From NCBI GenBank assembly GCA_036918135.1, contig JBALDB010000020.1, positions 1-64,000 on the forward strand: 64,000 nt of DNA. Reading direction: 5' to 3'. The position numbers were made by a program, and so were the translations under genes. Every line of letters starts with the position of its first letter. Position 1 is the stretch's first letter. Source of the stretch: Nostoc sp. Its GTDB lineage: Bacteria > Cyanobacteriota > Cyanobacteriia > Cyanobacteriales > Nostocaceae. The notes under the pieces are model-generated. The model was not told the DNA's origin and ran no database searches. It saw only the letters and a program-made list of their open reading frames with translations. Shown here piece by piece: positions 39,568 through 49,793 of this stretch.

Positions 39568-39669
39568 GCTTAACTTTCTTAACTTTCTTAACTTTCTTAA
39601 CTTTCTCAAATACATTAATTCTTAACTGTCTTAACTGACCTTGAACACATATTTAATTACTGATATATC
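39568..39669 (+). promoter_or_regulatory. Tandem 9-bp direct-repeat operator and putative promoter of the microviridin precursor
   Basis: G-(CTTAACTTT)x4-CTCAAATAC-7nt-CTTAACTGT-CTTAACTGA-CCTTG, then TTGAAC-17nt-TATATC. ACTG lies at the same offset as in the 2095 copy. Confidence 0.7.
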
Positions 39670-39706
39670 TTTAGTTGCAAAAATAATTTCCTTTAAGGAA
39701 AACTCT

Positions 39707-39841
39707 ATGTCTACAAATACAGCCAAAACAGTAGATGTCGTAGCGGTACCATTTTTTGCGCGTTTCTTGGAAGAGCAAGCTACTGAAGGAACAGATGTTC
39801 CTTGGACTTACAAGTTTCCTTCAGATTTGGAAGACAAATAA
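39707..39841 (+). CDS. mvdE: Microviridin (graspetide) precursor peptide, 44 aa
   Basis: MSTNTAKTVDVVAVPFFARFLEEQATEGTDVPWTYKFPSDLEDK has the PFFARFL leader motif and a TxKxPSDxED core. AAGGA RBS precedes ATG 39707. Confidence 0.95.
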   Translation: MSTNTAKTVDVVAVPFFARFLEEQATEGTDVPWTYKFPSDLEDK

Positions 39842-40103
39842 TTTAGTCTTCTGCATCTAAGAGTACCTTTTTAATCCGGAAGATACCTTGTAATTGGCTT
39901 CATCAGAATTTAAGGGAGTAACAGTTATCAAATAACTGAAAACTACTCTTGTAAACGCGATCGCTTTCATATTATCTTATCCATAACATGGAGGCGATCG
40001 CCTTTTCCACATCCCTAAATTTTTCAAAAGTTGTGGATGTAAGAAGCAATTTGTCTAGTATTCATTAATATCTAACCCTTAAAAATTTAAAAGAAAATAT
40101 TTT

Positions 40104-41108
40104 ATGCACCTGTCTCGTGATGTTGTTTTATTGATCGCCCACAGTGGTGATTTTTTCACAATAGATAGAGTGGCAGAAGCCTTATCAAAAAAAGGGGCGC
40201 AACCATTTCGTTTAGATACTGATAAGTTCCCTTTAGAAGTGCAATTAGTAGCACATTTTGACAAATCTAAAAGCTACCACACTATAGAATATAGCAACCA
40301 CTCGATCGGCACAGAGCAGGTGCAAGCTGTGTGGCTGCGCCGCATTTGGGAACCAAAACTGAGTCAAGAATTAGCGCCAAAGTTCCGAGAAGCTTGCATT
40401 AGAGAATCACAAGCAACTTTATATGGTTTTTGGGACAGCCTCAAGGGAGCTACTTGGGTAGATAATTTAGAGCGGATAGATTATGCAAGTAACAAGCTGC
40501 GTCAACTACGGATTGCATCTGAGGTAGGTTTTGTTATTCCTAAAACTCTGATCGCCAATAAGGCGGAAGCAGCACGAGAGTTTTTCGGACAAGTCAACGG
40601 CAAAATGGTGAGCAAGCTTTTAACTCCTCTTTCCCGCAGTATGGAAGCTAACTCCTCATTTTTTCTGTACACCAGCATCGTCAAAGAAGAAGACTTACAA
40701 GATGCCGAGTCACTGCGCTATTGCCCAATGGTTTTTCAAGAGCAAATTCCAAAGCAACAGGAATTACGGGTAGTGTATGTGAATGGTAATGTATTTGTGG
40801 GGGCGCTAAATGCAGAAGTTTATGCAGCAGCCAAAGTTGATTGGCGTAAACCAGGTGTTGAGGTTGGCGTATGGCAACACCACCAGCTTCCTGATGAAGT
40901 AGTTCGTTGTCTCAAAGCCTTTATGGGAAGGTTTGGACTGTTGTTTGGTTGTTTAGATTTTATCCTCACACCATCAGGTGAATATGTGTTTTTGGAAGTT
41001 AACCCCGTAGGAGAATGGGGAATGCTGGAGAAGGATTTGGACTTGCCAATTGCAAATGCGATCGCAGATGCCCTACTTCAAAGAAATAATCAAGAATTTA
41101 ATAGTTGA
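40104..41108 (+). CDS. mvdC: Microviridin ATP-grasp ligase, amide-forming type (MvdC/MdnB)
   Basis: N-terminus HSGDFFTIDRVAEAL...PFRLDTDKFPLEV, plus PMVFQEQIPK and FLEVNPVGEWG. Adjacent to the precursor. Confidence 0.9.
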   Translation: MHLSRDVVLLIAHSGDFFTIDRVAEALSKKGAQPFRLDTDKFPLEVQLVAHFDKSKSYHTIEYSNHSIGTEQVQAVWLRRIWEPKLSQELAPKFREACIRESQATLYGFWDSLKGATWVDNLERIDYASNKLRQLRIASEVGFVIPKTLIANKAEAAREFFGQVNGKMVSKLLTPLSRSMEANSSFFLYTSIVKEEDLQDAESLRYCPMVFQEQIPKQQELRVVYVNGNVFVGALNAEVYAAAKVDWRKPGVEVGVWQHHQLPDEVVRCLKAFMGRFGLLFGCLDFILTPSGEYVFLEVNPVGEWGMLEKDLDLPIANAIADALLQRNNQEFNS

Positions 41109-41167
41109 TACTAGTCTGCGGCAAGCTACCCAAACAGTGTCTACATACATCACATTTCATACTTTTT

Positions 41168-42157
41168 ATGACCGTATTAATAATCACGTTTAGCCAAGAC
41201 AACGAAAGCATTCCTCTAGTCATCAAAGAAATTGAAGCTAAAGGAGAAAAAGCATTTCGGTTTGATACAGACAGATATCCCACCGAGGTGAAGTTAGATA
41301 TTTACTCTGGTGACATTGAACGGGTAATTATTACTGATGGCGAACAGAAGCTCGATTTGAGTGAGGTTTCCTCAGTTTGGTATCGGCGGATGCGCTACGG
41401 ACAAAAAATCCCCGACTCAATGGACAAGCAATACAGAGATGCGTCAATTAATGAATGTCGTGCCACTGTCAGGGGTATGATTGCCAGCCTTCAAGGATTC
41501 CACTTTGATAAAATGTTTCATGTGGATCGGGCTAATAATAAGCAACTACAGTTGCAAGTCGCGCGAGAAGTTGGGCTTTTGACTCCGCGTACCCTAACTT
41601 CAAACAATCCAGAGGCAGTCAAGCAATTTGCTCAAGAGTGTAAGCAAGGTATAGTTACCAAGATGCTTTCTTCCTTTGCTATTTATGATGAGCAGGAGCG
41701 AGAAAACGTTGTGTTCACCACTCCAGTTACAGCCGACGATTTAGAGAACATGGAAGGGTTGTGTTTTTGTCCGATGACATTTCAAGAAAATGTGCCGAAG
41801 GCGCTGGAGTTGCGGACAACTATTGTTGGACACCGCGTATTTACTGCCGCAGTAGATTCCCAAAGCTTGAAAGGATCTACTTACGACTGGCGCAAAGAGG
41901 GCAGAGCCTTAGTTAAAAATTGGCAACCATACAACTTGCCAGAAGATATTGAGAAAAAGCTGCTCAAACTAATGGCTTATTTTGGCTTAAATTATGGAGC
42001 AATTGATATTATTGTCACACCCGATGGTCGTCACGTATTCCTCGAAGTTAACCCAGTCGGGGAATTTTTTTGGATGGAGATCTATTCACCACACTACCCC
42101 ATTTCGCAGGCGATCGCAGAAGTATTGCTGACTAATAAAAATTATGTACTCAATTGA
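41168..42157 (+). CDS. mvdD: Microviridin ATP-grasp ligase, ester-forming type (MvdD/MdnC)
   Basis: Likely start MTVLIITFSQDNESIPLV (ATG 41168). Motifs FRFDTDRYPTEV, PMTFQENVPKALELR, FLEVNPVGEFFW. Confidence 0.9.
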   Translation: MTVLIITFSQDNESIPLVIKEIEAKGEKAFRFDTDRYPTEVKLDIYSGDIERVIITDGEQKLDLSEVSSVWYRRMRYGQKIPDSMDKQYRDASINECRATVRGMIASLQGFHFDKMFHVDRANNKQLQLQVAREVGLLTPRTLTSNNPEAVKQFAQECKQGIVTKMLSSFAIYDEQERENVVFTTPVTADDLENMEGLCFCPMTFQENVPKALELRTTIVGHRVFTAAVDSQSLKGSTYDWRKEGRALVKNWQPYNLPEDIEKKLLKLMAYFGLNYGAIDIIVTPDGRHVFLEVNPVGEFFWMEIYSPHYPISQAIAEVLLTNKNYVLN

Positions 42158-42319
42158 AAAACCCTTTTGTAATAGCGTTCTGTAGAGAAAAGTAGATGCG
42201 ATCGTACCTAAATTTTCTACCGCTTTAAAAGTCAATCGTAAGATTTTTATATTAATTTTTTTGATATTAAATTCTTTATTTAAAATTATGAATTATTTAT
42301 ATTTGGAGATTAAATATTT

Positions 42320-44404
42320 GTGACAAACCTAGTAAATACACGAACAGTTTTGACATTTGATGGAGTAGATGATTATATAGATTTTGGTAGAAACGATATT
42401 GGTGGCGTTTTCGCTCAAGGGAGTTCAGCTTTTACGGTTTCAGGATGGGTAAATCCATATGAGCTAACAAATAAAACCACTAGTTACGGAACGCGCAATG
42501 TATTTTTTGCTCGTTCTTCAGAGAGATACAGTGATAATTTTGAATTCGGCATCAGTGAAACAGGAAACCTAGATGTCTACATAGATGAAAGTGTTAGCAA
42601 AGGTATCAAAACCTTCGGGCAAGGAGAACTAACTATAGAACAATGGCACTTTTTTGCTATTGTTTTTAATAGCGGTCAACTAACCATATATCTTGGCGAT
42701 CGCGAATACAACGATTCTCTCAGAGGTTCATCTTTAAACAAAGCTACAAGTTCTGTAACTCTGGGTGCAACGTTACACAAACAGGTTTATTTCAAAGGAC
42801 AATTAGCAAACATTAGCGTTTGGAATTATCCCTGTACTCAAGCACAAATCCAGACTCATCGTTGTGGCCTAATAGTTGGAGATGAAGCAGGATTAGTGGC
42901 TTACTGGAAATTAGATGACGGACAAGGAACAACAGTTAAAAACCAATCTGGCAAGTCCTATCAAGGAAATTTTCGTGGTAATCCTAGTTGGGATTTAGCA
43001 GAAATTCCATTTGCAACACAATCATCAAATCCAGTTCCATTTGCAGCAGAATTATCCAATCAAGAAGATACTCAAATTGAGACAGCAGTTATTCCCGAAG
43101 AAAATATCTCAACAATAACCACAAATTTATTAGCAGCAACAGTATCGTTAGTTAGCAACGACGAAGACCAACCAAAAGAAACTCAATCAACAGAAACAAA
43201 TAGCGAAGAATCCGAGATTATCCCAACCCTGATAACTCTTCAGTCAGATGAAGAGAAAACTAAAACAGACCAAACCGAAGATCCCAAAAATATCGAACAA
43301 GCACAAACATTAATTCAGGAGGAATCGCCAGAAACCATGAATACAAAAGCGCAGCCCAAGTATAAAATACTTGCCATTGATGGAGGCGGTATTCGGGGCA
43401 TTATTCCTGCATTTCTTTTAGCAGAAATTGAAAGGCGGACACAAAAGCCCATATTTAGCTTGTTTGATTTAATTGCTGGCACTTCCAGCGGTGGAATTTT
43501 GGCACTGGCACTAACTAAACCGCGATTAAGTTCAGAGCTATCTGAGAACTTGTCGCTAGCTGAATACACTGCTGAGGATCTCGTACAACTATTTCTTGAG
43601 TATGGAGTGGAAATCTTTTACGAGCCATTTTTTGAAAGAATACTTGGCCCGATAGAGGATATATTTCTCCAACCCAAATATCCTTCTGAAAGCAAAAAAG
43701 AAATTTTAAACCAATATTTTGGCAACGCTTTTTTAGAAAGTAATCTTAAAGAAGTTTTTGTAACTAGTTACGATATCGAGCAGCGAATTCCAATATTTTT
43801 TACAAACAAACTAGAAAAAGAAGAGGTAAAATCTAAAAGCGTTCGCAAGTTATCTAAGGGTTTTTCGCTCTTAGATGCAGCATTGGCAACTACTGCCACT
43901 CCTACTTATTTTGCTCCTCATCGAATTATAGATCCTCACAATAGCAGCATTGCCTATACTTTAATCGATGGTGGAGTGTTTGCTAATAATCCAGCCCATT
44001 TAGCTATTTTGGAAGCACAAACTAATAGTAAAAGAAAAGAAAAACAAGTCCTCAACACAGAAGATATTTTAGTAGTTTCTTTAGGTACGGGTTCGTTGAC
44101 GAGCGCCTACCTTTATAAAGAAGTCAAAAATTGGGGACTCTTACAATGGGGAAGACCGCTTTTAAATATTGTATTTGACGGTGGCAGCGAAGTGGTGTCT
44201 GGACAATTAGAACAGTTGTTTGAATCTAGCGATGGAGAAGCTAAAAGTTTTTATTATCGTTTTCAAACATTTTTAGATGAGGAACTAGAAGAGATAGACA
44301 ATACCAAATTACAAAATACTCGTCAGCTACAAGCTGTAGCCCAGCGCCTAATTTCTGAAAAAAGTCAACAAATTGATGAACTCTGTAGTCTTTTGTTGGG
44401 CTAA
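42320..44404 (+). CDS. LamG-like jellyroll domain, acidic linker and patatin-like phospholipase
   Basis: LTFDGVDDYI...QWHFFAIVF...GLVAYWKLDDG (LamG/ConA-like). Patatin motifs IDGGGIRG, GTSSG, DGGVFANNP. GTG start. Confidence 0.85.
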   Translation: MTNLVNTRTVLTFDGVDDYIDFGRNDIGGVFAQGSSAFTVSGWVNPYELTNKTTSYGTRNVFFARSSERYSDNFEFGISETGNLDVYIDESVSKGIKTFGQGELTIEQWHFFAIVFNSGQLTIYLGDREYNDSLRGSSLNKATSSVTLGATLHKQVYFKGQLANISVWNYPCTQAQIQTHRCGLIVGDEAGLVAYWKLDDGQGTTVKNQSGKSYQGNFRGNPSWDLAEIPFATQSSNPVPFAAELSNQEDTQIETAVIPEENISTITTNLLAATVSLVSNDEDQPKETQSTETNSEESEIIPTLITLQSDEEKTKTDQTEDPKNIEQAQTLIQEESPETMNTKAQPKYKILAIDGGGIRGIIPAFLLAEIERRTQKPIFSLFDLIAGTSSGGILALALTKPRLSSELSENLSLAEYTAEDLVQLFLEYGVEIFYEPFFERILGPIEDIFLQPKYPSESKKEILNQYFGNAFLESNLKEVFVTSYDIEQRIPIFFTNKLEKEEVKSKSVRKLSKGFSLLDAALATTATPTYFAPHRIIDPHNSSIAYTLIDGGVFANNPAHLAILEAQTNSKRKEKQVLNTEDILVVSLGTGSLTSAYLYKEVKNWGLLQWGRPLLNIVFDGGSEVVSGQLEQLFESSDGEAKSFYYRFQTFLDEELEEIDNTKLQNTRQLQAVAQRLISEKSQQIDELCSLLLG

Positions 44405-44560
44405 ATCAGATTGCTTGGATGTTACACCAGGCAACTGGCGTACATTTTAGAATCGCCAAGCTTAGGTGCAACAAGTAAAATTTTTAATTGCTGCAAAAAA
44501 GAAATTAGTAATTAATTTCTGAGTCATGTTTTCACCTTATGAGGATTGTAGGTAAATACA

Positions 44561-44956
44561 ATGGATGAACTCGTCAAAAAAATTGCTGGTTTAGGTCTTC
44601 CTGGCATACTTTTCGTGATTGCAACGTCTGCATCAGGAGGTAGTGTCGCCGCCGTTGTTGCTATGCTTTCATCGCTGGGCGGCCCGTTAGGCCTCTTAGG
44701 AGGTTTAGGGCTGCTTGGTCTAGTAGCCATTTTAGGGGAATATATAACATCATTTGGGATTGAAAGCATTCTCAAGCTCATTTATACAGAACGTAGCAAA
44801 ACCGAATCTGTGAGATTTCTTCTCAAAGAAATTAAAGAATTACCCATTACAGATGACCTAAAACTTAAACTAAAACATCATATTAGCCCAGTAGTCGTTA
44901 CTGAGCCTAACGAAGGCGGTTTTCCGAGAACAGTCGAAATTGTTGATGAGGATTAA
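44561..44956 (+). CDS. Small glycine-rich membrane protein (hypothetical)
   Basis: 131 aa with a hydrophobic Gly-zipper-like stretch (LGGPLGLLGGLGLLGLVAILG). Co-directional with its neighbours. Confidence 0.7.
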   Translation: MDELVKKIAGLGLPGILFVIATSASGGSVAAVVAMLSSLGGPLGLLGGLGLLGLVAILGEYITSFGIESILKLIYTERSKTESVRFLLKEIKELPITDDLKLKLKHHISPVVVTEPNEGGFPRTVEIVDED

Positions 44957-45088
44957 CCTAGTACATTCAAGAGGAGCTAAAAATTTTTAATTTCTAAAAG
45001 TAAAAATGGCCTCTGAGTCAGTCTAACTAATCCTCAAAGGCCATTTCAAAATCAATAGTCTAATTAATAACGGCTACATCTTTAGAAC

Positions 45089-47095
45089 ATGCAAACTCCA
45101 TCTGTACGCGAGCAAAACACAATAAATCCTTTTTCAGCATTAACTCAATTTTGGGAGGATGTCAAAGTAGTTGCTCAACCTTATTGGTATCCAACAACAG
45201 CAGAAGGACGAGCATTTTCAGATGTAATTCGTTCATGGGGAATGCTTATCGTCCTAGTATTATTAATAGTCGTAATTGTAGGTGTAAATGCTGCAAATAG
45301 CTACTGGAATCGGTATGTAATTGATATTGTTATTGAAGAAAGAAATCTGGAGAAATATAATAGTACTTTATGGCTGTCCAGTCTCATTATTGTCGGGATA
45401 GTTTTGTTAGTAACTCTTTTGAGATATGTCAGAAAAAAAATAATTCTTGACTGGTACAAGTGGCTAAACATTCATGTTTTAAAAAAATATTTAAGCAATC
45501 AAGCTTATTATAAAATTAATTTTAAATCTGATGTAGATAATCCAGATCAACGTTTATCACAGGAAATAGAACCTATTACTAGTATTGCTGTGAGATTCTC
45601 ATCTTCTCTACTAGAAAAAACTTTAGAAATGGGAAGTGCTTTGATAATTATCTGGACAGTTTCTTCACAAATTGCAATTTATTTAGTTATTTATACAATT
45701 ATAGGTAATTTAATAGCTGTTTACTTGAATCAAGCAATAAATAAAGTTAACCAAGAAGAACTTGTATTTAAAGCAGACTTTGCTTACTGCTTAACTCATG
45801 TTCGGAATCACGCTGAATCAATCGCTTTTTTTCAGGGTGAAGATGAAGAATTAAACATAATTCAGCGGCGATTTGATAATGTTTTAAAAACTGCTGAACG
45901 CAGACTTAATTTAGAGAGAGGACAAGACGCTTTTGGCAGAGCCTATCAGTCTGCTATTAGTGTATTTTCGATGTTCATACTTACACCTTTATTTCTTCAG
46001 GATCGAATTGATTATGGAGAAATTAATCAAGCTAGTTTTGCTTGCTTTATGTTTTCTAATGCTCTAGGAGAACTAATAGCTGAGTTTGCGATTTCAGGGC
46101 GATTTTCTGGCTATGTAAAGCGTTTAGCAGAGTTTTCAGATGCGCTAGAGGGTGTTAGTAAACAACCAGAGAAGGTGAGTACTATTCAAATTCTAGAAGA
46201 AGAACGTTTAGCTTTTGAGAATGTCACTTTGCAAACCCCAAATTATGAACAGGTAATTGTTGAAGATTTGTCAATTGCTGTTGGGCCAGGCGAAGGGTTA
46301 TTGATTGTTGGCCCTAGTGGTAGGGGTAAGAGTTCTTTGTTAAGAGCGATCGCAGGTTTGTGGAATGCTGGAACTGGTCGTCTAGTGCGTCCTCCCCTAA
46401 AAGAAGTCTTATTCTTACCCCAACGCCCTTATATCATTTTAGGGACTTTGCGCGAACAGTTACTTTATCCGCATATAGACCGGAAAATGAGCGACAAAGA
46501 ACTCGAACAAATTTTGCAACAAGTTAAGCTGCAACACTTACTTACCCGCGTAGATGGCTTTGATACAGAAGTTGCCTGGGAAAATATACTGTCGTTAGGA
46601 GAACAACAACGCCTCGCTTTTGCACGGCTATTAATTACACATCCTAGTTTCACTATTTTAGATGAAGCAACGAGTGCTTTAGATTTAATTAATGAAAGTA
46701 ATTTATATCGACAGTTACAATCAACGAAAACAACTTTTATCAGTGTTGGGCATAGAGAAAGCTTATTTAATTATCATCAATGGGTATTAGAACTTTCACA
46801 AGAATCTAATTGGCAACTTGTTTCTGTACAAGATTATCAATTACAAAAAGGAATTGCTGTTAACCCATCACCAAAGGAGCAAACTACGATAGATATTTAC
46901 CCTAAAATTAAATCAGAATCACCAGCGAATAGCACAATTGTAGGGCTTTCTCATAAACAGCTTCAGACATTAACCCACTATTCTCTTACTACTATCAGGA
47001 CTAAGGCTAGTCAAGGAAAGCCTGTGACTACTAAAGATGGTATAATCTACCGCTATAACAAAAACCTAGAGGTATTGAAATGGATAACAGATTAA
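45089..47095 (+). CDS. Second ABC exporter (McyH/NosG/MdnE-like) with a C-terminal HTH-like tail
   Basis: Paralog of 37161-39152 with a near-identical NBD (GPSGRGKS, LSLGEQQR, LDEATSALD). Confidence 0.9.
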   Translation: MQTPSVREQNTINPFSALTQFWEDVKVVAQPYWYPTTAEGRAFSDVIRSWGMLIVLVLLIVVIVGVNAANSYWNRYVIDIVIEERNLEKYNSTLWLSSLIIVGIVLLVTLLRYVRKKIILDWYKWLNIHVLKKYLSNQAYYKINFKSDVDNPDQRLSQEIEPITSIAVRFSSSLLEKTLEMGSALIIIWTVSSQIAIYLVIYTIIGNLIAVYLNQAINKVNQEELVFKADFAYCLTHVRNHAESIAFFQGEDEELNIIQRRFDNVLKTAERRLNLERGQDAFGRAYQSAISVFSMFILTPLFLQDRIDYGEINQASFACFMFSNALGELIAEFAISGRFSGYVKRLAEFSDALEGVSKQPEKVSTIQILEEERLAFENVTLQTPNYEQVIVEDLSIAVGPGEGLLIVGPSGRGKSSLLRAIAGLWNAGTGRLVRPPLKEVLFLPQRPYIILGTLREQLLYPHIDRKMSDKELEQILQQVKLQHLLTRVDGFDTEVAWENILSLGEQQRLAFARLLITHPSFTILDEATSALDLINESNLYRQLQSTKTTFISVGHRESLFNYHQWVLELSQESNWQLVSVQDYQLQKGIAVNPSPKEQTTIDIYPKIKSESPANSTIVGLSHKQLQTLTHYSLTTIRTKASQGKPVTTKDGIIYRYNKNLEVLKWITD

Positions 47096-47320
47096 GACTA
47101 TTTATACTTTTTAAAATCCAATTATTGAGAGGATATTTAAAGAATCAGAATACAGCTTGTAGAATCATCAGAGAAAATGCTGGTATGGAAATTATGCAAA
47201 ACAGCTATGATAAAGTAATTTTATCTGCTTGAACAAGAATAACTTGATGAATGTAATCACAAAAATCTTCAGTGTTGAATTGAGTAACAGGTTAGTAACT
47301 ATTTGTATATTTTATAATCA

Positions 47321-49006
47321 GTGATGCTAGCTAGAAAGCAAAAACAATTAGTTACTTATAAATCTATTACGATTTATAAAAAACATTATAAATTTCCTAC
47401 TTTAAAAAATCCAAAACTAAAAAAAGCTCAAAGAAAAATTAGAAAATGCCAAAGCATAATTAAAGAAGGTACTCAATATTATTCTTATTTTTGGGGAATA
47501 ATCAGACTGAGAAAAGAAATTACTCAAGAACAAATTTTAGCAGAAGTTAAATTGTTAATTAAAGATTATACTCAACTTTTTGATTTTTTAGAAAATTATA
47601 AAGATAGTTATCAAGATTTTTTATTAAAATTTATAGATGACTGGAAAAATTTGTTTAACCAAAAGTATCATGAAATTAAAAAAGTCAATGAAGAAAGAAA
47701 TAAGCTAGAGATAAAGAATTATAAAAATCTTCAAGTAATTAACCAATTAAAATGGGAAAAAGAAGAAAATATAAAATCTATTGTGCTATTAAGTAATACT
47801 AACTTATTAATTTTAGAAAAGGTTAAACTACTTAGTGAAGGAATTAAAAATTTAGCTGAAGATACTAAAAATCAAAAGCAAGCTATCGGGCAAATACTTA
47901 AAGATATAGAGGTGTATCAAGAAATTTATGAATACAAACTCAGAGCTACAAAAATTCGTCAAGAAATAGCAAAAATAGCTGAAACAGCAATTAATCTTGA
48001 AAACTCACTACAAGATTACTTTAGCCCGTTTCAGTCTTTAATAGATGAGGTAGTCAAAGTAGATGCTGATTTTTATACAACTGTAGGAGAAATTCAAAAT
48101 TTAGCAAGTAGTACTCTAAATTCTCAAGTTAATTTATTAACGATACAAGATACTAATATTAATTCTCATGACATCCTCAATTTATTAGTAGCAAGTTATG
48201 AAAAAAAAGATAGACTGCAAAATGCTTTTTTTCAATCAGAACTATTAAATTTGCAAGTTCATGATTTTGATTTAACTAAAGAGGAGATAACTTTAAATCA
48301 AGCGATTGACCTAATATCTGATTATATGTCTACTCAACTGCTTGCTCAAAAAATAGTGCTAGGGATAGTAGAAACAGATATTGTTTTTGATTCTCAGCTT
48401 TCTATTGAAAAGACAGAATTGGCGGAACAACGTAATAATGATATTGAGTTTGCCATAGAAATTAAAAGTAATTGGAATATTGATTACAGTAAATTGCAAA
48501 ATCTGCTTAGACAGTACAAGTGGCAAGAAGCTGATATTGAAACTGCTAAATTAATGCTACAAGTCATGGGTAAGAATGATTGGAATGAAGTTTATAAAGA
48601 AGATATTCTTAACTTTTCATGTGAAGCTTTTCATAAAATTGATCGACTTTGGCGACAATACAGTAATGGTTACTTTGGCTTTAGTGTTCAGCAAAGTATT
48701 TGGAACGAAATAGGCGGTCAAATAGATTATGAAACAGAAAAAAGACTTGCCGATCGCCTGGGTTGGCGAAGAGAAGGAAACTGGTTAGACTATGAGCAAC
48801 TAACTTTTAAATTATCCCCAGCAACACCAATTGGACACCTACCAGCCAAATGGTTACACTACGACCCATATAGCTCTGACTTATCTCCATCATCTACAGA
48901 ATACCTTTCAATGGGAGCTTGGCGAGTAAAATCTTGGTTAGTCTGGCAGATGCACCTATTCTTTTCTCGTGTAAAAAGTTGTCACGAAACTTTTATAGTG
49001 CGTTAA
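47321..49006 (+). CDS. Coiled-coil protein with a C-terminal GUN4-like domain
   Basis: DYSKLQNLL..KWQEADIET...IDRLW..YSNGYFGFSVQ..IW...LGWR...GHLP are GUN4-like motifs. The N-terminus is helical and K/E-rich. The start codon is uncertain. Confidence 0.8.
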   Translation: MMLARKQKQLVTYKSITIYKKHYKFPTLKNPKLKKAQRKIRKCQSIIKEGTQYYSYFWGIIRLRKEITQEQILAEVKLLIKDYTQLFDFLENYKDSYQDFLLKFIDDWKNLFNQKYHEIKKVNEERNKLEIKNYKNLQVINQLKWEKEENIKSIVLLSNTNLLILEKVKLLSEGIKNLAEDTKNQKQAIGQILKDIEVYQEIYEYKLRATKIRQEIAKIAETAINLENSLQDYFSPFQSLIDEVVKVDADFYTTVGEIQNLASSTLNSQVNLLTIQDTNINSHDILNLLVASYEKKDRLQNAFFQSELLNLQVHDFDLTKEEITLNQAIDLISDYMSTQLLAQKIVLGIVETDIVFDSQLSIEKTELAEQRNNDIEFAIEIKSNWNIDYSKLQNLLRQYKWQEADIETAKLMLQVMGKNDWNEVYKEDILNFSCEAFHKIDRLWRQYSNGYFGFSVQQSIWNEIGGQIDYETEKRLADRLGWRREGNWLDYEQLTFKLSPATPIGHLPAKWLHYDPYSSDLSPSSTEYLSMGAWRVKSWLVWQMHLFFSRVKSCHETFIVR

Positions 49007-49062
49007 TCGCACATCTGTTCATAATCAGAAAAATTAGAACTAAAGCTAATTTGAGGATAGAT

Positions 49063-49482
49063 ATGACTAGTAAGCATTCTGATATAGAAATAGAAATTTT
49101 ACTTTTGGGAAAATGGCGTTTTAATACTGATTCAGAGAAAATTACTATTGAATTTAAAGATGATATGACTTATGAACAAACTAGGATTCAAACATTGCTT
49201 TTTTCTAAACCTAAAGAACTTATGACAGGTAATAAATTTACTGGAGTATGGTACGTAAATAAGAAAATATTGTATTTAAATGTTAAAAATCTGCCAAAAT
49301 CATTTTTGAATTTAAGGATACCACTAGCTTTTAAGATTTCGCTTGCAGATATAATAGCTACTTTAGGTTCAGTGTTTATGACAGAAAATTACGAAGTGGT
49401 GAGAATTAATAGTTCTAAATTTCTTATAAAGGATAAGGAGCAATTAATTGTTGGGACAAAAATTAATACTAGGAAGTACTAG
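49063..49482 (+). CDS. Hypothetical protein (beta-rich, lipocalin-like LLGKW start)
   Basis: GAGGA RBS precedes ATG 49063 (MTSKHSDIEIEILLLGKWRF...). Confidence 0.6.
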   Translation: MTSKHSDIEIEILLLGKWRFNTDSEKITIEFKDDMTYEQTRIQTLLFSKPKELMTGNKFTGVWYVNKKILYLNVKNLPKSFLNLRIPLAFKISLADIIATLGSVFMTENYEVVRINSSKFLIKDKEQLIVGTKINTRKY

Positions 49483-49793
49483 ACCTAACGGGGCGATATG
49501 AAAGATAGGATGCATTTATAATCAGTATGACCTCGTTAAATATTTCGCTGCTAAAGAGAATCAAGATTTAGGAGTAGTCAAATCTCTCTGAAAGCTAGTC
49601 TCAAAGATCGATTTATTTCCTTTCCCTGCTCCCTCTTGACAAATGACAAATGTGCCATTGCCTTAACCTCTCACTGATACCCATAAATGGTGGATTCTCT
49701 ACAATTGCATCAAATCCTAACTTTTGATTATCCCTCTTAGTAAGCACTTTAGTACTTTTCTTGCTACCTTTATCAGTTATAAATTTTGATTTA

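Noticed and set aside
39641..39706. 22-aa N-terminal extension of the microviridin precursor
   Set aside because: The TTG start coincides with the putative -35 box, while ATG 39707 has a clear RBS.
41105..41167. N-terminal extension of the second ATP-grasp ligase
   Set aside because: The family N-terminus MTVLIITF begins at ATG 41168.
42320..44404. CBASS CapV-type anti-phage system
   Set aside because: A patatin is present, but no CD-NTase or Cap2/Cap3 gene is visible in the window.
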